Assembly (NCBI GenBank): GCA_963813535.1
Contig: CAWEZH010000002.1
Location: forward strand, 1,120,573 to 1,184,572
From: an uncultured Chloroflexia bacterium
GTDB taxonomy: Bacteria; Chloroflexota; Limnocylindria; Limnocylindrales; CSP1-4
Direction of reading: 5' to 3'
Length of the DNA stretch: 64,000 nt
Position 1 is the stretch's first letter. Every line of letters begins with the position of its first letter. The notes beneath the pieces are model-generated. The model was given only the letters and a program-made list of their open reading frames with translations, was not told where the DNA came from and searched no databases. Shown piece after piece: positions 1 to 8,497 of this stretch. Made by a program: the position numbers and the translations under genes.

Positions 1-129
1 CTGAGGGTCAGTTCCACGCGCCTGGCGCGTACTCCGGCTTCGATCGCTCGGCGGCCGGTACCGCGCCGGGAGTCATCCTTACCTATGTCGAGCGATTGAC
101 AGCCCGGTGCCTCCCGTACACTCGGCTCC

Positions 130-840
130 GTGTCCGAACCGGCGACTCCAGAGGGCTCGGCTGATGCCACCAACGAGGAGCGCGCTCTTGAAGAGCGGCG
201 TCGTCGTGACGAGCGAGTGCGGACCGTACAGACGATGCTTCTCTTCGCCTTCGTGGGGGCGGCCATCGCCATCTTCATCGCGGCGTTGGTTTGGCTTGGG
301 GTCCGATTCATCGGCGAGGCGCTCGTGCCCGCGGCGCTCATCGCCGCGATCGGCTTCCTCCTCGGTGAGGTCGTCCGGCTGGCGTTCGGAGAGATCCGGT
401 CGAGTCGGGACGAGGCGCGCCTTCGCGTGCGCGAGGCGGAGGAGCGAGCACGAGCGTGGCGGCTCGCCCTCCTCGCGGACGCGCAGCGGCTGGTGGAGCG
501 CGAACTGGATGCGATGCGGGCCCAAATCAACGGCGACACCCCGCCGGATCGTCCACGGCGGGCGACATACAGGCGGATCGACCGACTGGAGGCCGGCTCG
601 AGGATACGCAACGAGCTTGAGGCGCTCGCGACAAGGGTTTATCAGCCGGAGAAGGCCGGAACGAGGGACCAAGAACTCTTGACGGAACTCAACTTCAGCG
701 AAGATTGGATGACCACTGTGCTCCGCGTCCTGGAGGAACGCACCGTAGACAGTCAGTGGCCGAGTCGACTGGAGACCGTGGAAGTCGAGGTACCAAGAAA
801 CTACCAGGGATATGACGGGTTCAACGATCCTCCGGACTAA
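130..840 (+). CDS. hypothetical membrane/coiled-coil protein (GTG start)
   Basis: Plus frame has strong GC3 bias and two hydrophobic helices (LLFAFVGAAIAIFIAALVWL, ALIAAIGFLLG) followed by a charged coiled-coil segment. The overlapping minus-strand ORF 79..846 has poorer codon usage and is treated as a shadow. Confidence 0.5.
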   Translation: MSEPATPEGSADATNEERALEERRRRDERVRTVQTMLLFAFVGAAIAIFIAALVWLGVRFIGEALVPAALIAAIGFLLGEVVRLAFGEIRSSRDEARLRVREAEERARAWRLALLADAQRLVERELDAMRAQINGDTPPDRPRRATYRRIDRLEAGSRIRNELEALATRVYQPEKAGTRDQELLTELNFSEDWMTTVLRVLEERTVDSQWPSRLETVEVEVPRNYQGYDGFNDPPD

Positions 841-960
841 CGGCACTCACGTCACCGCCCCACCGTGACGGCTCGCGGCGATAGACAAGCGTTCGGATCG
901 CTCCCTACGTAGGGACCTGGGCCCCTCGCTGGCAGTCGGTAGCTCGTCGCCTCGAAATCG

Positions 961-1025
961 CCCCGGCTCCGGTCCCGGACCTTCGATCCCACCTCGGTGG
1001 CCATTCCGTCCGGGCCGACGGGGCA
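961..1025. repeat. interspersed ~65-bp GC-rich repeat, copy R1 (consensus CCCGGCTCCGGTCCCGGACCTTCGATCCCGC..GGCCAGTCGGTCCGGGCCGACCGGGCA)
   Basis: Near-identical sequence recurs at 1711, 2958, 7685, 8289 and, more divergently, 10066. It contains the perfect palindrome GGTCCCGGACC. It is intergenic, just downstream of the 130..840 gene and of the flp-like gene. Confidence 0.55.
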
Positions 1026-1122
1026 CCGCTTGGGCTTTCTGGTCGCCCAGTTCGTGCGACGTCGTACCCAACGACAGGCTCCGGCTCTGCCGGGGCCTTG
1101 TTGTCGTGAAGCGTTGGCTGAT

Positions 1123-1299
1123 CTAGACCGAGCGGCCGACCGTGCTCAGGATCGTGCTGACCTGGCTACCCAGAACGACGAGGGCGATGATGGCGATGAT
1201 GGCGATAAGCGCGAGGACGAGGGCATATTCGGCGAGGCCCTGGCCTTCGTCGTCGCGGCGGAGCGACCGGATGAGCGAGTAGACGTGCGTCATGGGCAT
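1123..1299 (-). CDS. Flp family type IVb pilin (58 aa; absent from the supplied ORF track because it is under 60 aa)
   Basis: Translation is MPMTHVYSLIRSLRRDDEGQGLAEYALVLALIAIIAIIALVVLGSQVSTILSTVGRSV. It carries the Flp-pilin signature G-x-G-x-x-EYAL followed by a hydrophobic helix. A GGAGAGAGGA Shine-Dalgarno sequence lies upstream and GC3 is high. Confidence 0.6.
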   Translation of the reverse strand: MPMTHVYSLIRSLRRDDEGQGLAEYALVLALIAIIAIIALVVLGSQVSTILSTVGRSV

Positions 1300-1417
1300 C
1301 CCGTGGTCCTCTCTCCTGCCGGTCGCTGGCGGTCACCCTCACGCTAGCCGCGACCCCGCGAATGGGCCATCCGTACTTAGGTCATGTGCAACGACGGCCA
1401 TCACGGTCGCGGCCGCT

Positions 1418-1694
1418 TTACGTTTCGATGTCGAAGCTGTCCGGCGACACGTCCAGCCATTGGGCGATCGCCGCCTTGGCAGCTTCCAGGGCGTCCCGGC
1501 GACTCGTCGCACTTACCGCCAGCCACGGTAGGGGCGTCGACGTACCAGCGGCCGTCCTGGGCGGTCGAGATGCGATATCCGGGTCGGTCGCCTCGAGCGA
1601 TCATCCGCCGGCTCGCCTGGGCCACTGCCTCCCGTTGACGCGCCTCGCTCATCCGTCGTGCCACCCGGCTTAGTCTGGGTGAAGCACCGTCACC
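1418..1694 (-). pseudogene. HicB-like (UPF0150 family) antitoxin-like ORF, internally frameshifted; no hicA partner
   Basis: Two minus-strand frames together read ...MIARGDRPGYRISTAQDGRWYVDAPTVAGG / SATSRRDALEAAKAAIAQWLDVSPDSFDIET*. This resembles the HicB core (beta-strand-rich N-terminus with a Y..G.Y/W...P.L.G motif, then EA..n.keAi..l). A 1-nt frame change is required near 1530. A partial second copy lies at 6827..6990. Confidence 0.35.
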
Positions 1695-1710
1695 CTAGCT
1701 TGTCAACCAG

Positions 1711-1781
1711 CCCGGCTCCGGTCCCGGACTTGCGATCCCGGTGTTCCCCCCGCCGGGCAGCTCGTCCGGGCCGTCCGGGCA
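1711..1781. repeat. interspersed GC-rich repeat, copy R2
   Basis: The sequence cccggctccggtcccggacttgcgatcccgg...gtccgggccgtccgggca matches R1, R3, R4 and R5. It lies immediately upstream of the small ORF at 1847. Confidence 0.55.
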
Positions 1782-1846
1782 ATCTATTGGGCTCATCGCG
1801 GTGCGAAGATGCCTCCGTCGGCGCAAGCAATCGGAGGTCGGGCGGC

Positions 1847-2101
1847 ATGAGCGACCAGCAGGCGGGGCCGAACGTCCGGCGCCTCGCGTTCTTCGAGGAA
1901 CTCAGCGGCATCACCTTTCAGTTCGGCGAGGAGCCGGACGGCCAGTGGACGGGCAGGGCGGACAGCAAACAGTGGACCGCGGCCCACGTCGAACGCGGAC
2001 CCGACGCGGAGGCCGCCGGCGCGAAACTCATCGCCTGGCTCGAGGAGAGCGGCGAGTTCCTGCCCGAGCCGCCCGACACCTTCTGGCCGTGGGCGCGATG
2101 A
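1847..2101 (+). CDS. small hypothetical protein (84 aa)
   Basis: ATG is preceded by a GGAGGT Shine-Dalgarno sequence 9 nt upstream. GC3 is high throughout and the ORF ends in TGA. Translation begins MSDQQAGPNVRRLAFFEELSGITFQFGEEPDGQW and no family was recognised. Confidence 0.5.
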   Translation: MSDQQAGPNVRRLAFFEELSGITFQFGEEPDGQWTGRADSKQWTAAHVERGPDAEAAGAKLIAWLEESGEFLPEPPDTFWPWAR

Positions 2102-2140
2102 CCCGCCCGCGGGCCGCGCGAAGTTCGCCTAAGGCAGTAT

Positions 2141-2356
2141 CTAGGGTCGGACGCGCTTCTCTCGCTGCGTGGCGATCCAGGCCCGGCTCGCCTCCCAGTA
2201 CGCCGACCCGCGCTCGATGCGGTCCCGCGCTGCCTGGACTTCCCACGCCGCGATCCAGGCGTCGGCCGTCGCCTCGGTCACGCTCCCGTCCTCGGCCCGA
2301 GGGCCCCGGCCAACGACTCTCTGGAGAAATGGCCGGGCCTCTTCATCGCTCCGCAC
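2141..2356 (-). CDS. small hypothetical protein (about 71 aa, GTG start; start uncertain, may extend upstream)
   Basis: High-GC3 frame reads VRSDEEARPFLQRVVGRGPRAEDGSVTEATADAWIAAWEVQAARDRIERGSAYWEASRAWIATQREKRVRP*. It lies downstream of the ABM-like gene in a different frame. Confidence 0.3.
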   Translation of the reverse strand: MRSDEEARPFLQRVVGRGPRAEDGSVTEATADAWIAAWEVQAARDRIERGSAYWEASRAWIATQREKRVRP

Positions 2357-2471
2357 CGGTCGTTGGTCCCGGTCCGGGCCGACCGGGTGGGGCGGGAGCC
2401 GGACCCGGCCGATGTCGAAAGCGTCGGGCGCGACTGCGAGCCAGTCGATATCAGCGCCCGTGCCTGTCCAC

Positions 2472-2885
2472 TCAGACCCGATCGGCCACGCTAACGCCAC
2501 CGGGGCTAGGCCGGACGAACCCCGCATTGAGCGGATGCACCGTGACTCGTGCGTCACCCAACAGGTGCGCTTTCTCGCGAAGCTGCGCCACGACCTCGTC
2601 CGTCGGATCCCCGTACACGTCGATCGACTGCAGGCGAACCAGATCAACGAAGTTCCGGAACGCCGGGCCGGCCACCCGGAAATGGGTCGCGAGCGACGCG
2701 GCGTCGGCATGAACGTGGACCACTGAGATCGTCCTGTGATCCTCGTCGAGATACGCGGCGTACGAGATGATCCGTGGCTCATCAGCCTCGACGAGGTCCA
2801 CTAGTTCGGTGATCCGCTTGGTCAGCTCACCGAGACGGCCCTCGACGATCTCGGAGCGGTCGACGTATACGATCGGACCAGACAC
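2472..2885 (-). CDS. ABM (antibiotic-biosynthesis-monooxygenase/Dabb-like) domain protein
   Basis: The 137-aa ORF has the pattern IVYVDRSEIVEG...ISYAAYLDEDHRTISVVHVHADAASLATHFRVAGPAFRNFV, typical of small ferredoxin-fold ABM proteins. Codon bias is good. Confidence 0.5.
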   Translation of the reverse strand: MSGPIVYVDRSEIVEGRLGELTKRITELVDLVEADEPRIISYAAYLDEDHRTISVVHVHADAASLATHFRVAGPAFRNFVDLVRLQSIDVYGDPTDEVVAQLREKAHLLGDARVTVHPLNAGFVRPSPGGVSVADRV

Positions 2886-2957
2886 AGCGACCTCCGTGCG
2901 CGCGATCGGACGTCACCAGAACGCGTGCGTGTAGAGGCATACTCCTACACCCACCCG

Positions 2958-3024
2958 ACCCGGCTCCGGTCCCGGACCGTCGATCCCGCTCCCGCGGCCA
3001 GTCGGTCCGGGCCGACCGTGGGCA
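2958..3024. repeat. interspersed GC-rich repeat, copy R3
   Basis: The sequence acccggctccggtcccggaccgtcgatcccgctcccgcggccagtcggtccgggccgaccgtgggca lies between two minus-strand genes. Confidence 0.55.
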
Positions 3025-3110
3025 AGACCCAGGCGCAGCATCCCCTCCTGCAGGCCTCGCGTAAGAGCCGTTTCCCGCCGACGACTTCGATATGTCTTTT
3101 CGAGCCCGCC

Positions 3111-3479
3111 TTACGCGCTCTCTACAGCGAGGGGTTCGAAGCTATATGTCCCAGTCCAATGCCATAAGCCGTCCGAATCCGCCGTAACGTTGGCGTGGGC
3201 CTCGAATCCAGCGAACTTCCCCGTCCCTCCCGAGAACGTCGCCGTCCCCTTATTGGCGGCAAGATCGAGTACGACGTGGCCCGTCGCAGTGTTGGCGGCT
3301 CCCGCGTCGAGGACGACGTCGGTGTCAAGAGTGCCCTCGCTCGCCGCCTCGGCGTAGATGACCTTCGCACCCGCTCCGATCTCGTCGAGGTTCGAGGAGG
3401 TGATCGTACAGAAGTCACCGGCCCGGCCCGTGTATTCCGAGCACTCTTTGGTGACCTGGAGATCCCCGCTGCGAGCCAT
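3111..3479 (-). CDS. hypothetical protein (122 aa, Gly/Thr/Ala-rich)
   Basis: The ORF begins MARSGDLQVTKECSEYTGRAGDFCTITSS... and has good GC3. The longer track ORF 3111..3791 has an improbable N-terminal extension. Confidence 0.5.
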   Translation of the reverse strand: MARSGDLQVTKECSEYTGRAGDFCTITSSNLDEIGAGAKVIYAEAASEGTLDTDVVLDAGAANTATGHVVLDLAANKGTATFSGGTGKFAGFEAHANVTADSDGLWHWTGTYSFEPLAVESA

Positions 3480-3747
3480 AGCGACCCTCCTTCTCGCAGT
3501 CCGTCGCCAATCAGCGCGACACCGGGACTCTACACCCGGTGCGTTGTGGGCCAGCCACGCGGATCTTGTCGCCCGCCATGACAGCCGAGGCAATCCCCTA
3601 CCTCGTTTGGAGACATCTGCCTTCAGCGGCGCGACACTGTGCAGACGTCTCACGTCGAGATGCTCTCGGGCCGCGCAAGAAGGACTAGGAGGCCCAGCAG
3701 GCGGCGGAGTCGCTCGTAGCCCAAGCCGAGCGACTCGGCGATGCGTG

Positions 3748-4020
3748 TCAGTAGATGCCCACGAACAACCGGCGCGGCGGTTCGTCAGCATCGAGGCCGG
3801 CGCTGAGGTCGGAACTGACCGGGTCGCCCGCGTCCCGCGGATCGATCACAACATGGTGCAGGCGCCAAAGGGCCTCCTGCTTTGGGTCGGTCGACCAAAC
3901 GTGCGAAAGACGTACCTGAGCTCCAAGCTGGGACACGTACTCGACTGTCATGACGAGCCACGGGTGCTCCCACGCACCGCTTGGCAGGAGCAGATCGCTG
4001 ACCTTGACGTATAGCTCCTC
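3748..4020 (-). CDS. small hypothetical protein; possible -1 frameshift at the 3' end continuing into an HTH-like segment
   Basis: The frame reads ...VDEELYVKVSDLLLPSGAWEHPWLVMTVEYVSQLGAQVRLSHVWSTDPKQEALWRLHHVVIDPRDAGDPVSS... A second frame downstream (3650..3750) reads LLTRIAESLGLGYERLRRLLG, suggesting an indel. Confidence 0.3.
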   Translation of the reverse strand, partial: EELYVKVSDLLLPSGAWEHPWLVMTVEYVSQLGAQVRLSHVWSTDPKQEALWRLHHVVIDPRDAGDPVSSDLSAGLDADEPPRRLFVGIY

Positions 4021-4157
4021 GTCTACGCCGGCAGCAATCGCTGCGAGGTTAGCGAGACGACGTGACGGCTACGTGGTCGGACTATCCTCCTGGCCAGTGG
4101 GCCATGGTGAGCATCCGGACGCAGCGCAGCATGCGGCCCGTCGCCAAGGAGTCTCGA

Positions 4158-4892
4158 ATGGGCACCCGCGGGGTCCTGTCCCTGATCATGTGCTTGCCGT
4201 TAGCGGGCTGCATGAACAGCACACCGAACCCGCCAGCCGGCCCAACGGCCGCGGCGATCGCGACGGTCGCGACGACGGCTTCGGTGCCCACCGCCGAAGC
4301 GACACCGACCACGACACCAGTGACGCCGAAGCCCGATCTGACCGCGGAGCCGACACCTCGGTGGTCGAAGCTCGAGCGGGCGATCCGGGACAACATTCGT
4401 GACGACGCGGCGGTGGGTTGCGCGCCGAGACGCCACGATCTCCCGCCGGGCACGGTCGCGGCCGTCGAGTGCAGGCCCGGCGTGGCCCTAGTCAGTCGTG
4501 TCGGCTTCTACCTCTTCGCCTCACCGGACGACGCTTTCGCTGTCTACCTCGACCGCGTCAAAGAACAGGGCTTGGCGCTGAACACCGAGCGAGGCCTTCG
4601 CGGCTGGGAACGCGCCATGTACATCTGTAGCGACGAGCAGTGCGCGGAGCGCGACGCCGGCTTCGTAAATAGCGACGGCTACGCCAACTATCGATCCGTC
4701 ATGGGCGCCATGTACATCGGCGTCTTGGGCACACGTGACGACATCGAAGACCTCAGGGGTTGGGCATGGGAGAGCCGCGAAGAATGTCCGCCGGGGCCGG
4801 ATACATGCGCGGTTCCAGAAAGCCCGAGCCTCTATTGCGACGGCTCGCGCGTCGCCGCCGACGCCTCGTGCGTTGAACCCGTCAGCGCCTAG
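4158..4892 (+). CDS. lipoprotein (Ser/Thr/Pro-rich linker, then a Cys-rich domain)
   Basis: An AAGGAG Shine-Dalgarno sequence lies 7 nt upstream of the ATG. The N-terminus MGTRGVLSLIMCLPLAGC contains an LAGC lipobox, followed by a PT-rich linker and a conserved-looking C-terminal domain with several Cys. Confidence 0.65.
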   Translation: MGTRGVLSLIMCLPLAGCMNSTPNPPAGPTAAAIATVATTASVPTAEATPTTTPVTPKPDLTAEPTPRWSKLERAIRDNIRDDAAVGCAPRRHDLPPGTVAAVECRPGVALVSRVGFYLFASPDDAFAVYLDRVKEQGLALNTERGLRGWERAMYICSDEQCAERDAGFVNSDGYANYRSVMGAMYIGVLGTRDDIEDLRGWAWESREECPPGPDTCAVPESPSLYCDGSRVAADASCVEPVSA

Positions 4893-5168
4893 GCGACCGG
4901 GCCCCCGCTGGACTGGAGTAGCCGCTAGGGCACGCAGATTTCGATGCCGACCTTGTATGCGCACCCACTGGATGACCAGGCCGCTAGAGACAGCAAGAAC
5001 ATGGCCGGCAGCGTCAGCAGCGTGAGCAGTCCGGCTACCAATGTCAGCCCGATAGCGGTGCGGTGCCCGGCACCGGAAGCCCCCGCGAGCGGGCCGGGCC
5101 GGCGTCGTCGCCGGCCGATGACCCTCGGGTCTACCTAGCGCGTTGAGGAGGCTCCACCTTGGCTGCGC

Positions 5169-5618
5169 CTACGGCACCCTCGTCGTCTCAACCGACACAT
5201 CAAACCACCCGACATCGGGGGCATAGTCCGTGGCAACCACCCGACCATCCTGGATCACCGACGCCCATACGTAGAAGGGCCGGTGCTCCAGGCTCATGCC
5301 GATCGTGCCAGTGGGCGTGTCCGACTCAAAGAAGAAGCGGCCATGAAACATTGCTTGAAAGCGGGTCTCGCCAACGTAGTCAGGGTCGCGTCCCTGTAGC
5401 GTCGTTCGACCAGTGTGGAGATCGGTGATCCACGTCCGATAGTGGTCCCAGCCCGCCACTGTCTCGGGCGTGTTGTCCTTCCCGACCCGCCGGTCGGGGA
5501 CGCCGTCGCGATCGTCATCAAAGACAACGCCATACGCGATCCACTGCTCGGTGGGATCCACGTCGGGTGGGAATTTGGGGAGTGTGAAATATAGCACCCG
5601 CCTCATACGAGCCCGCAC
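5169..5618 (-). CDS. hypothetical protein (149 aa)
   Basis: Intact ORF with good codon bias. Translation includes MRARMRRVLYFTLPKFPPDVDPTEQWIAYGVVFDDD... and no family was recognised. Confidence 0.5.
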   Translation of the reverse strand: MRARMRRVLYFTLPKFPPDVDPTEQWIAYGVVFDDDRDGVPDRRVGKDNTPETVAGWDHYRTWITDLHTGRTTLQGRDPDYVGETRFQAMFHGRFFFESDTPTGTIGMSLEHRPFYVWASVIQDGRVVATDYAPDVGWFDVSVETTRVP

Positions 5619-5643
5619 CTCCTGGATGTCGACCCATGGGAAG

Positions 5644-6189
5644 TCATCGGATCCGGTGTCGCCCGACGGATCGATGTGTCGGCCTGGCGGTGGCGCTAGG
5701 TAGCGTCGGTCCCCGAGATCTCTGCTTCACAAGGATCGGCACGAGGATCGCGCCTCCGGCGGGCTCGGTGCGAACCGGCGCGGGCCAGTCCTCCTTCAGA
5801 CTCGCCTCGGTCCACAGGATCGGCGTGGGCGTGGGGCTGGGCGTCGCCGTAGGCGTCGCGCTGGGGCCAACCTGGGCAGACTCGCTGGGATCCGCGCTTG
5901 GCGTCGGGCTCGGACCGCCGACCGCTGATGGGTCGGGCCGGTTCACGTAGTACAAGCCGCCGAGCGCAAGCACGGCGATGACCGCGGCCGCAACGACGCG
6001 GGCCGGCAGCGTCATGGTCGGGAGCCTCGCCGGGGCTGACCACCAGGCGAACCTACGGGGCTGCGGGCGCCCAGCGGCCACGGCCATGATCCGCTGATAG
6101 AGATCGTCCTCGCCGCCGACGTCGGCGGCGCGTTCTCGAAGCGCCGCGGCGAGGTCACTGGCGACGCTGTCCTGGCTGCGCCTAGTCAT
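5644..6189 (-). CDS. putative membrane-anchored anti-sigma factor
   Basis: It lies immediately downstream of the ECF sigma gene with a 4-nt overlap. It has an N-terminal cytoplasmic segment, one TM helix (VVAAAVIAVLALGGLYYV) and a PT-rich extracytoplasmic tail. The call rests on position and topology only. Confidence 0.5.
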   Translation of the reverse strand: MTRRSQDSVASDLAAALRERAADVGGEDDLYQRIMAVAAGRPQPRRFAWWSAPARLPTMTLPARVVAAAVIAVLALGGLYYVNRPDPSAVGGPSPTPSADPSESAQVGPSATPTATPSPTPTPILWTEASLKEDWPAPVRTEPAGGAILVPILVKQRSRGPTLPSATARPTHRSVGRHRIR

Positions 6190-6749
6190 GCTTGAGTCTC
6201 CAGAGCCCGATCTAGGGATTTGCGTGCGGCGTGAAGTCGCGACTTCGCCGTGCCCACCGGGATGCCGAGCCTATGAGCGATCTGTTCGAGCGGCTGATCC
6301 AGGAGGTGGTGCATGGCGAGGATCTGGCGATCTGCGATGGACAGTCGGTCGAAGGCCGCAAGGACGGCGGCTCGCTCCAGCGCCGCCGGGCCGGGATCGG
6401 CCTGCTGGAGGTCGGCGCCTTCGAGGGTGATCTCCCGCACGCGGCCTCGATTGCGGAGGTGGTCGCGGCAACGATTGGCGAGCACAGTGTTCAGCCAGGC
6501 GCTGAAGCGGCGATCGTCCCGCAGCCGAGGGAGATTGAGCCAGGCTGAAACGAAGGCCTCCTGCGTCGCATCGCGGGCATCGGCCTCATTGCGCAGGATC
6601 GACCGGGCCAGGCGCAGCATGTCGGGCAACCGGGCCGCCACAAGGGCGCCGAACGCCTCCGCGTCGCCGCGACGGGCTCGCGCCACGAGCGCGTCGTCAG
6701 CGGCGTCAGACCCGTTGTGCACGGTCTCTGTCAGTGCCACGGGAAGCAT
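6186..6749 (-). CDS. ECF (sigma-70 family, group 4) RNA polymerase sigma factor
   Basis: The N-terminus ARARRGDAEAFGALV is followed by region 2 (FVSAWLNLPRLRDDRRFSAWLNTVLANRCRDHLR) and region 4 (LSIADRQILAMHHLLDQPLEQIAHRLGIPVGTAKSRLHAARKSL). Confidence 0.85.
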   Translation of the reverse strand: MLPVALTETVHNGSDAADDALVARARRGDAEAFGALVAARLPDMLRLARSILRNEADARDATQEAFVSAWLNLPRLRDDRRFSAWLNTVLANRCRDHLRNRGRVREITLEGADLQQADPGPAALERAAVLAAFDRLSIADRQILAMHHLLDQPLEQIAHRLGIPVGTAKSRLHAARKSLDRALETQA

Positions 6750-6826
6750 GGTCGCGGCGGGAAAGGTTCCATGCTAGGTACGACGTCTGGCGAGTCGCCC
6801 GGGTTCGACCTGATTTGTGTTGTGTA

Positions 6827-6990
6827 GGGCGTCGACGTATCAGCGGCCGTCCTGACCGGGCATGAGGCGATATCCGGGGCGGTCGCCTCGAGCGATCATC
6901 CGCCGGCCAGCCTGGGCCGTGGCCTCCTGTTGTCGCCTCGCTCGTCCGTCGTGCCATGCGGTCAGTGTGGGGTGAGCGCGACACCAAGGC
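6827..6990 (-). pseudogene. partial second copy of the hicB-like segment (N-terminal portion only, in-frame TGA)
   Basis: About 85% identical to 1532..1700. It translates as MARRTSEA...QAGRRMIARGDRPGYRLMPGQDGR*YVDA, with a stop where copy A has Trp. Confidence 0.35.
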
Positions 6991-7071
6991 TGTCACCACC
7001 CCCAGGCGCGTGCCGCGCTTGTACGCTTGTAGCACCTCCTATTCGGCGGTCGTACTCATTTTCTGACACGG

Positions 7072-7614
7072 GTGGAGCCGGAGAGTGGTAACGCTGCCTT
7101 CCATTTCGCGTCATTGGATCGGATGGCGCTCATGGAACGATCGAGACCCACGCAACGTCGGTCCCGTCGAAGGTGGGTGCCGTGGCTCGTCGCGGCCGCG
7201 ATCGGTCTCGGCCTGATTGGTTACGGCTTCACATACGCTCCGCCGCCGACATCGCTCAGCTTGACCGGGAAGGTCTGGCAGTGGACTGCGTACGGCGATG
7301 ATTCCGGCACGGTCCCAATCGAGGATCCTGAGCGCTACACCATCGTCTTCAACGAAGATGGGACCGCGGTCGTCACGGCAGACTGCAATCGATCGCCGTG
7401 GAGTTACACGATCGCAGGGTCCTTCCTACGACCCACGATATGGCTGCAATCGCACGCGGAAGAATGGTCCCCGTGCGCGCCAGGCTCTAGGGCTCAGCTC
7501 TTTGTTGATCACCTGTGGCCGACCGACACATTCAGTGTCTCGGCCGATCGCCTGGAACTCGATCGGGACCACTACGGAATCAGTTGGGCCCTCACGCTCA
7601 AAGCGTCTCCCTGA
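7072..7614 (+). CDS. membrane-anchored META/HslJ-like (DUF306) domain protein
   Basis: One N-terminal TM helix (WLVAAAIGLGLIGYGF) is followed by a domain with YTIVFNEDGTAVVTADCNRSPWSYTIAGS. The start codon is uncertain (7072, or a later in-frame ATG in MALMERS...). Confidence 0.5.
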   Translation: MEPESGNAAFHFASLDRMALMERSRPTQRRSRRRWVPWLVAAAIGLGLIGYGFTYAPPPTSLSLTGKVWQWTAYGDDSGTVPIEDPERYTIVFNEDGTAVVTADCNRSPWSYTIAGSFLRPTIWLQSHAEEWSPCAPGSRAQLFVDHLWPTDTFSVSADRLELDRDHYGISWALTLKASP

Positions 7615-7684
7615 CGGCTCGAGCATTCGACCGGCGGGACATGGCGACACGTGTGGGACAACGGCCAACAGGTAGGGTGTCATC

Positions 7685-7758
7685 GCCCCGGCCCCGGTCC
7701 CGGACCTTCGATCCCGGCTATCCCCCCGCCGGTCAGTCGGTCCGAGCCAACCGAGGCG
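7685..7758. repeat. interspersed GC-rich repeat, copy R4
   Basis: The sequence ccccggccccggtcccggaccttcgatcccggctatccccccgccggtcagtcggtccgagcc lies directly upstream of the SnoaL-like gene at 7775. Confidence 0.55.
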
Positions 7759-7774
7759 ATCGGGAGGGTCCGCG

Positions 7775-8131
7775 ATGCTCCGAGCCGAGGAAGCCTACGA
7801 GGGATACGAGCGGGCGTGGAACGAGCCCGGGCGGGCGGCTGCTCTTCTCGAAAGGGTCTGGGCGCCGGAGGGTGTCTACGCCGACGACGACGTGCCAGAC
7901 GGTGTCGTCGGGCCCGTGGCGCTCGCCGCCCTCATCGTCGAGACACATAAGGCGCTGCCGGGCTTCCGGGTCTGGGCGACGAGCGGCCCGCGGATGCTTG
8001 CGGAGCGCATGGCGATCACCTGGGCGGGGGAAGGAGGCGACCCGCCGATCCCGCAGGCCGGCACCGATGTCATCGAGTTCGGCCCTGACGGCCGGATCAC
8101 CCGCATCACGGACGTGCTCGACATCGACTGA
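7775..8131 (+). CDS. SnoaL-like/NTF2-fold (ketosteroid-isomerase-like) protein
   Basis: The 118-aa ORF has the NTF2-like pattern (EEAYEGYERAWNEPG...; C-terminal GRITRITDVLD) and size of that fold. It is weaker than the paralogs at 9677 and 15702. Confidence 0.55.
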   Translation: MLRAEEAYEGYERAWNEPGRAAALLERVWAPEGVYADDDVPDGVVGPVALAALIVETHKALPGFRVWATSGPRMLAERMAITWAGEGGDPPIPQAGTDVIEFGPDGRITRITDVLDID

Positions 8132-8288
8132 CCAGGCCGGCGGAGACAGTCCGGCCTGGTGACGGCATCCAGGCGCAGATGGCGAGGATGGAAGCCAGAG
8201 GTATCACCGATACGGACGCGATGCTCGAGGACGCGGCCTGCTTTCTCCTTGGAGTCTAGTGTGCGGGCCGCGGCCGCTGGCCTGTCAG

Positions 8289-8355
8289 CGCCTCGGCTCC
8301 GGTCCCGGACCTTCGATCCCGCTTCGGCGGCCAGTCGCTCCGGGCCGACCGGGCA
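8289..8355. repeat. interspersed GC-rich repeat, copy R5
   Basis: The sequence cgcctcggctccggtcccggaccttcgatcccgcttcggcggccagtcgctccgggccgaccgggca is present here. Confidence 0.55.
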
Positions 8356-8497
8356 CTGCGCCTCAGCCAAACTTCGACCTAGACAATGCAAGCGGGCTAT
8401 CGACTTTCGGCGCGGCGCCGACACGTGGCCGATGACGCGAAAGAGGCGCGGATAGACAGGGGGTCTAAGCTGGTCGCACGTCACGGGGGACGTCGCG

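Noticed and set aside
79-846. Minus-strand 255-aa ORF overlapping the first gene
   Set aside because: The plus frame (130..840) has better GC3 bias and membrane and coiled-coil features. The minus ORF looks like a shadow in GC-rich DNA.
961-1025. The GC-rich interspersed repeats as tRNA or tmRNA-like genes
   Set aside because: No cloverleaf can be drawn. The TTCGATCCC block lacks a complementary T-stem and no anticodon arm is present.
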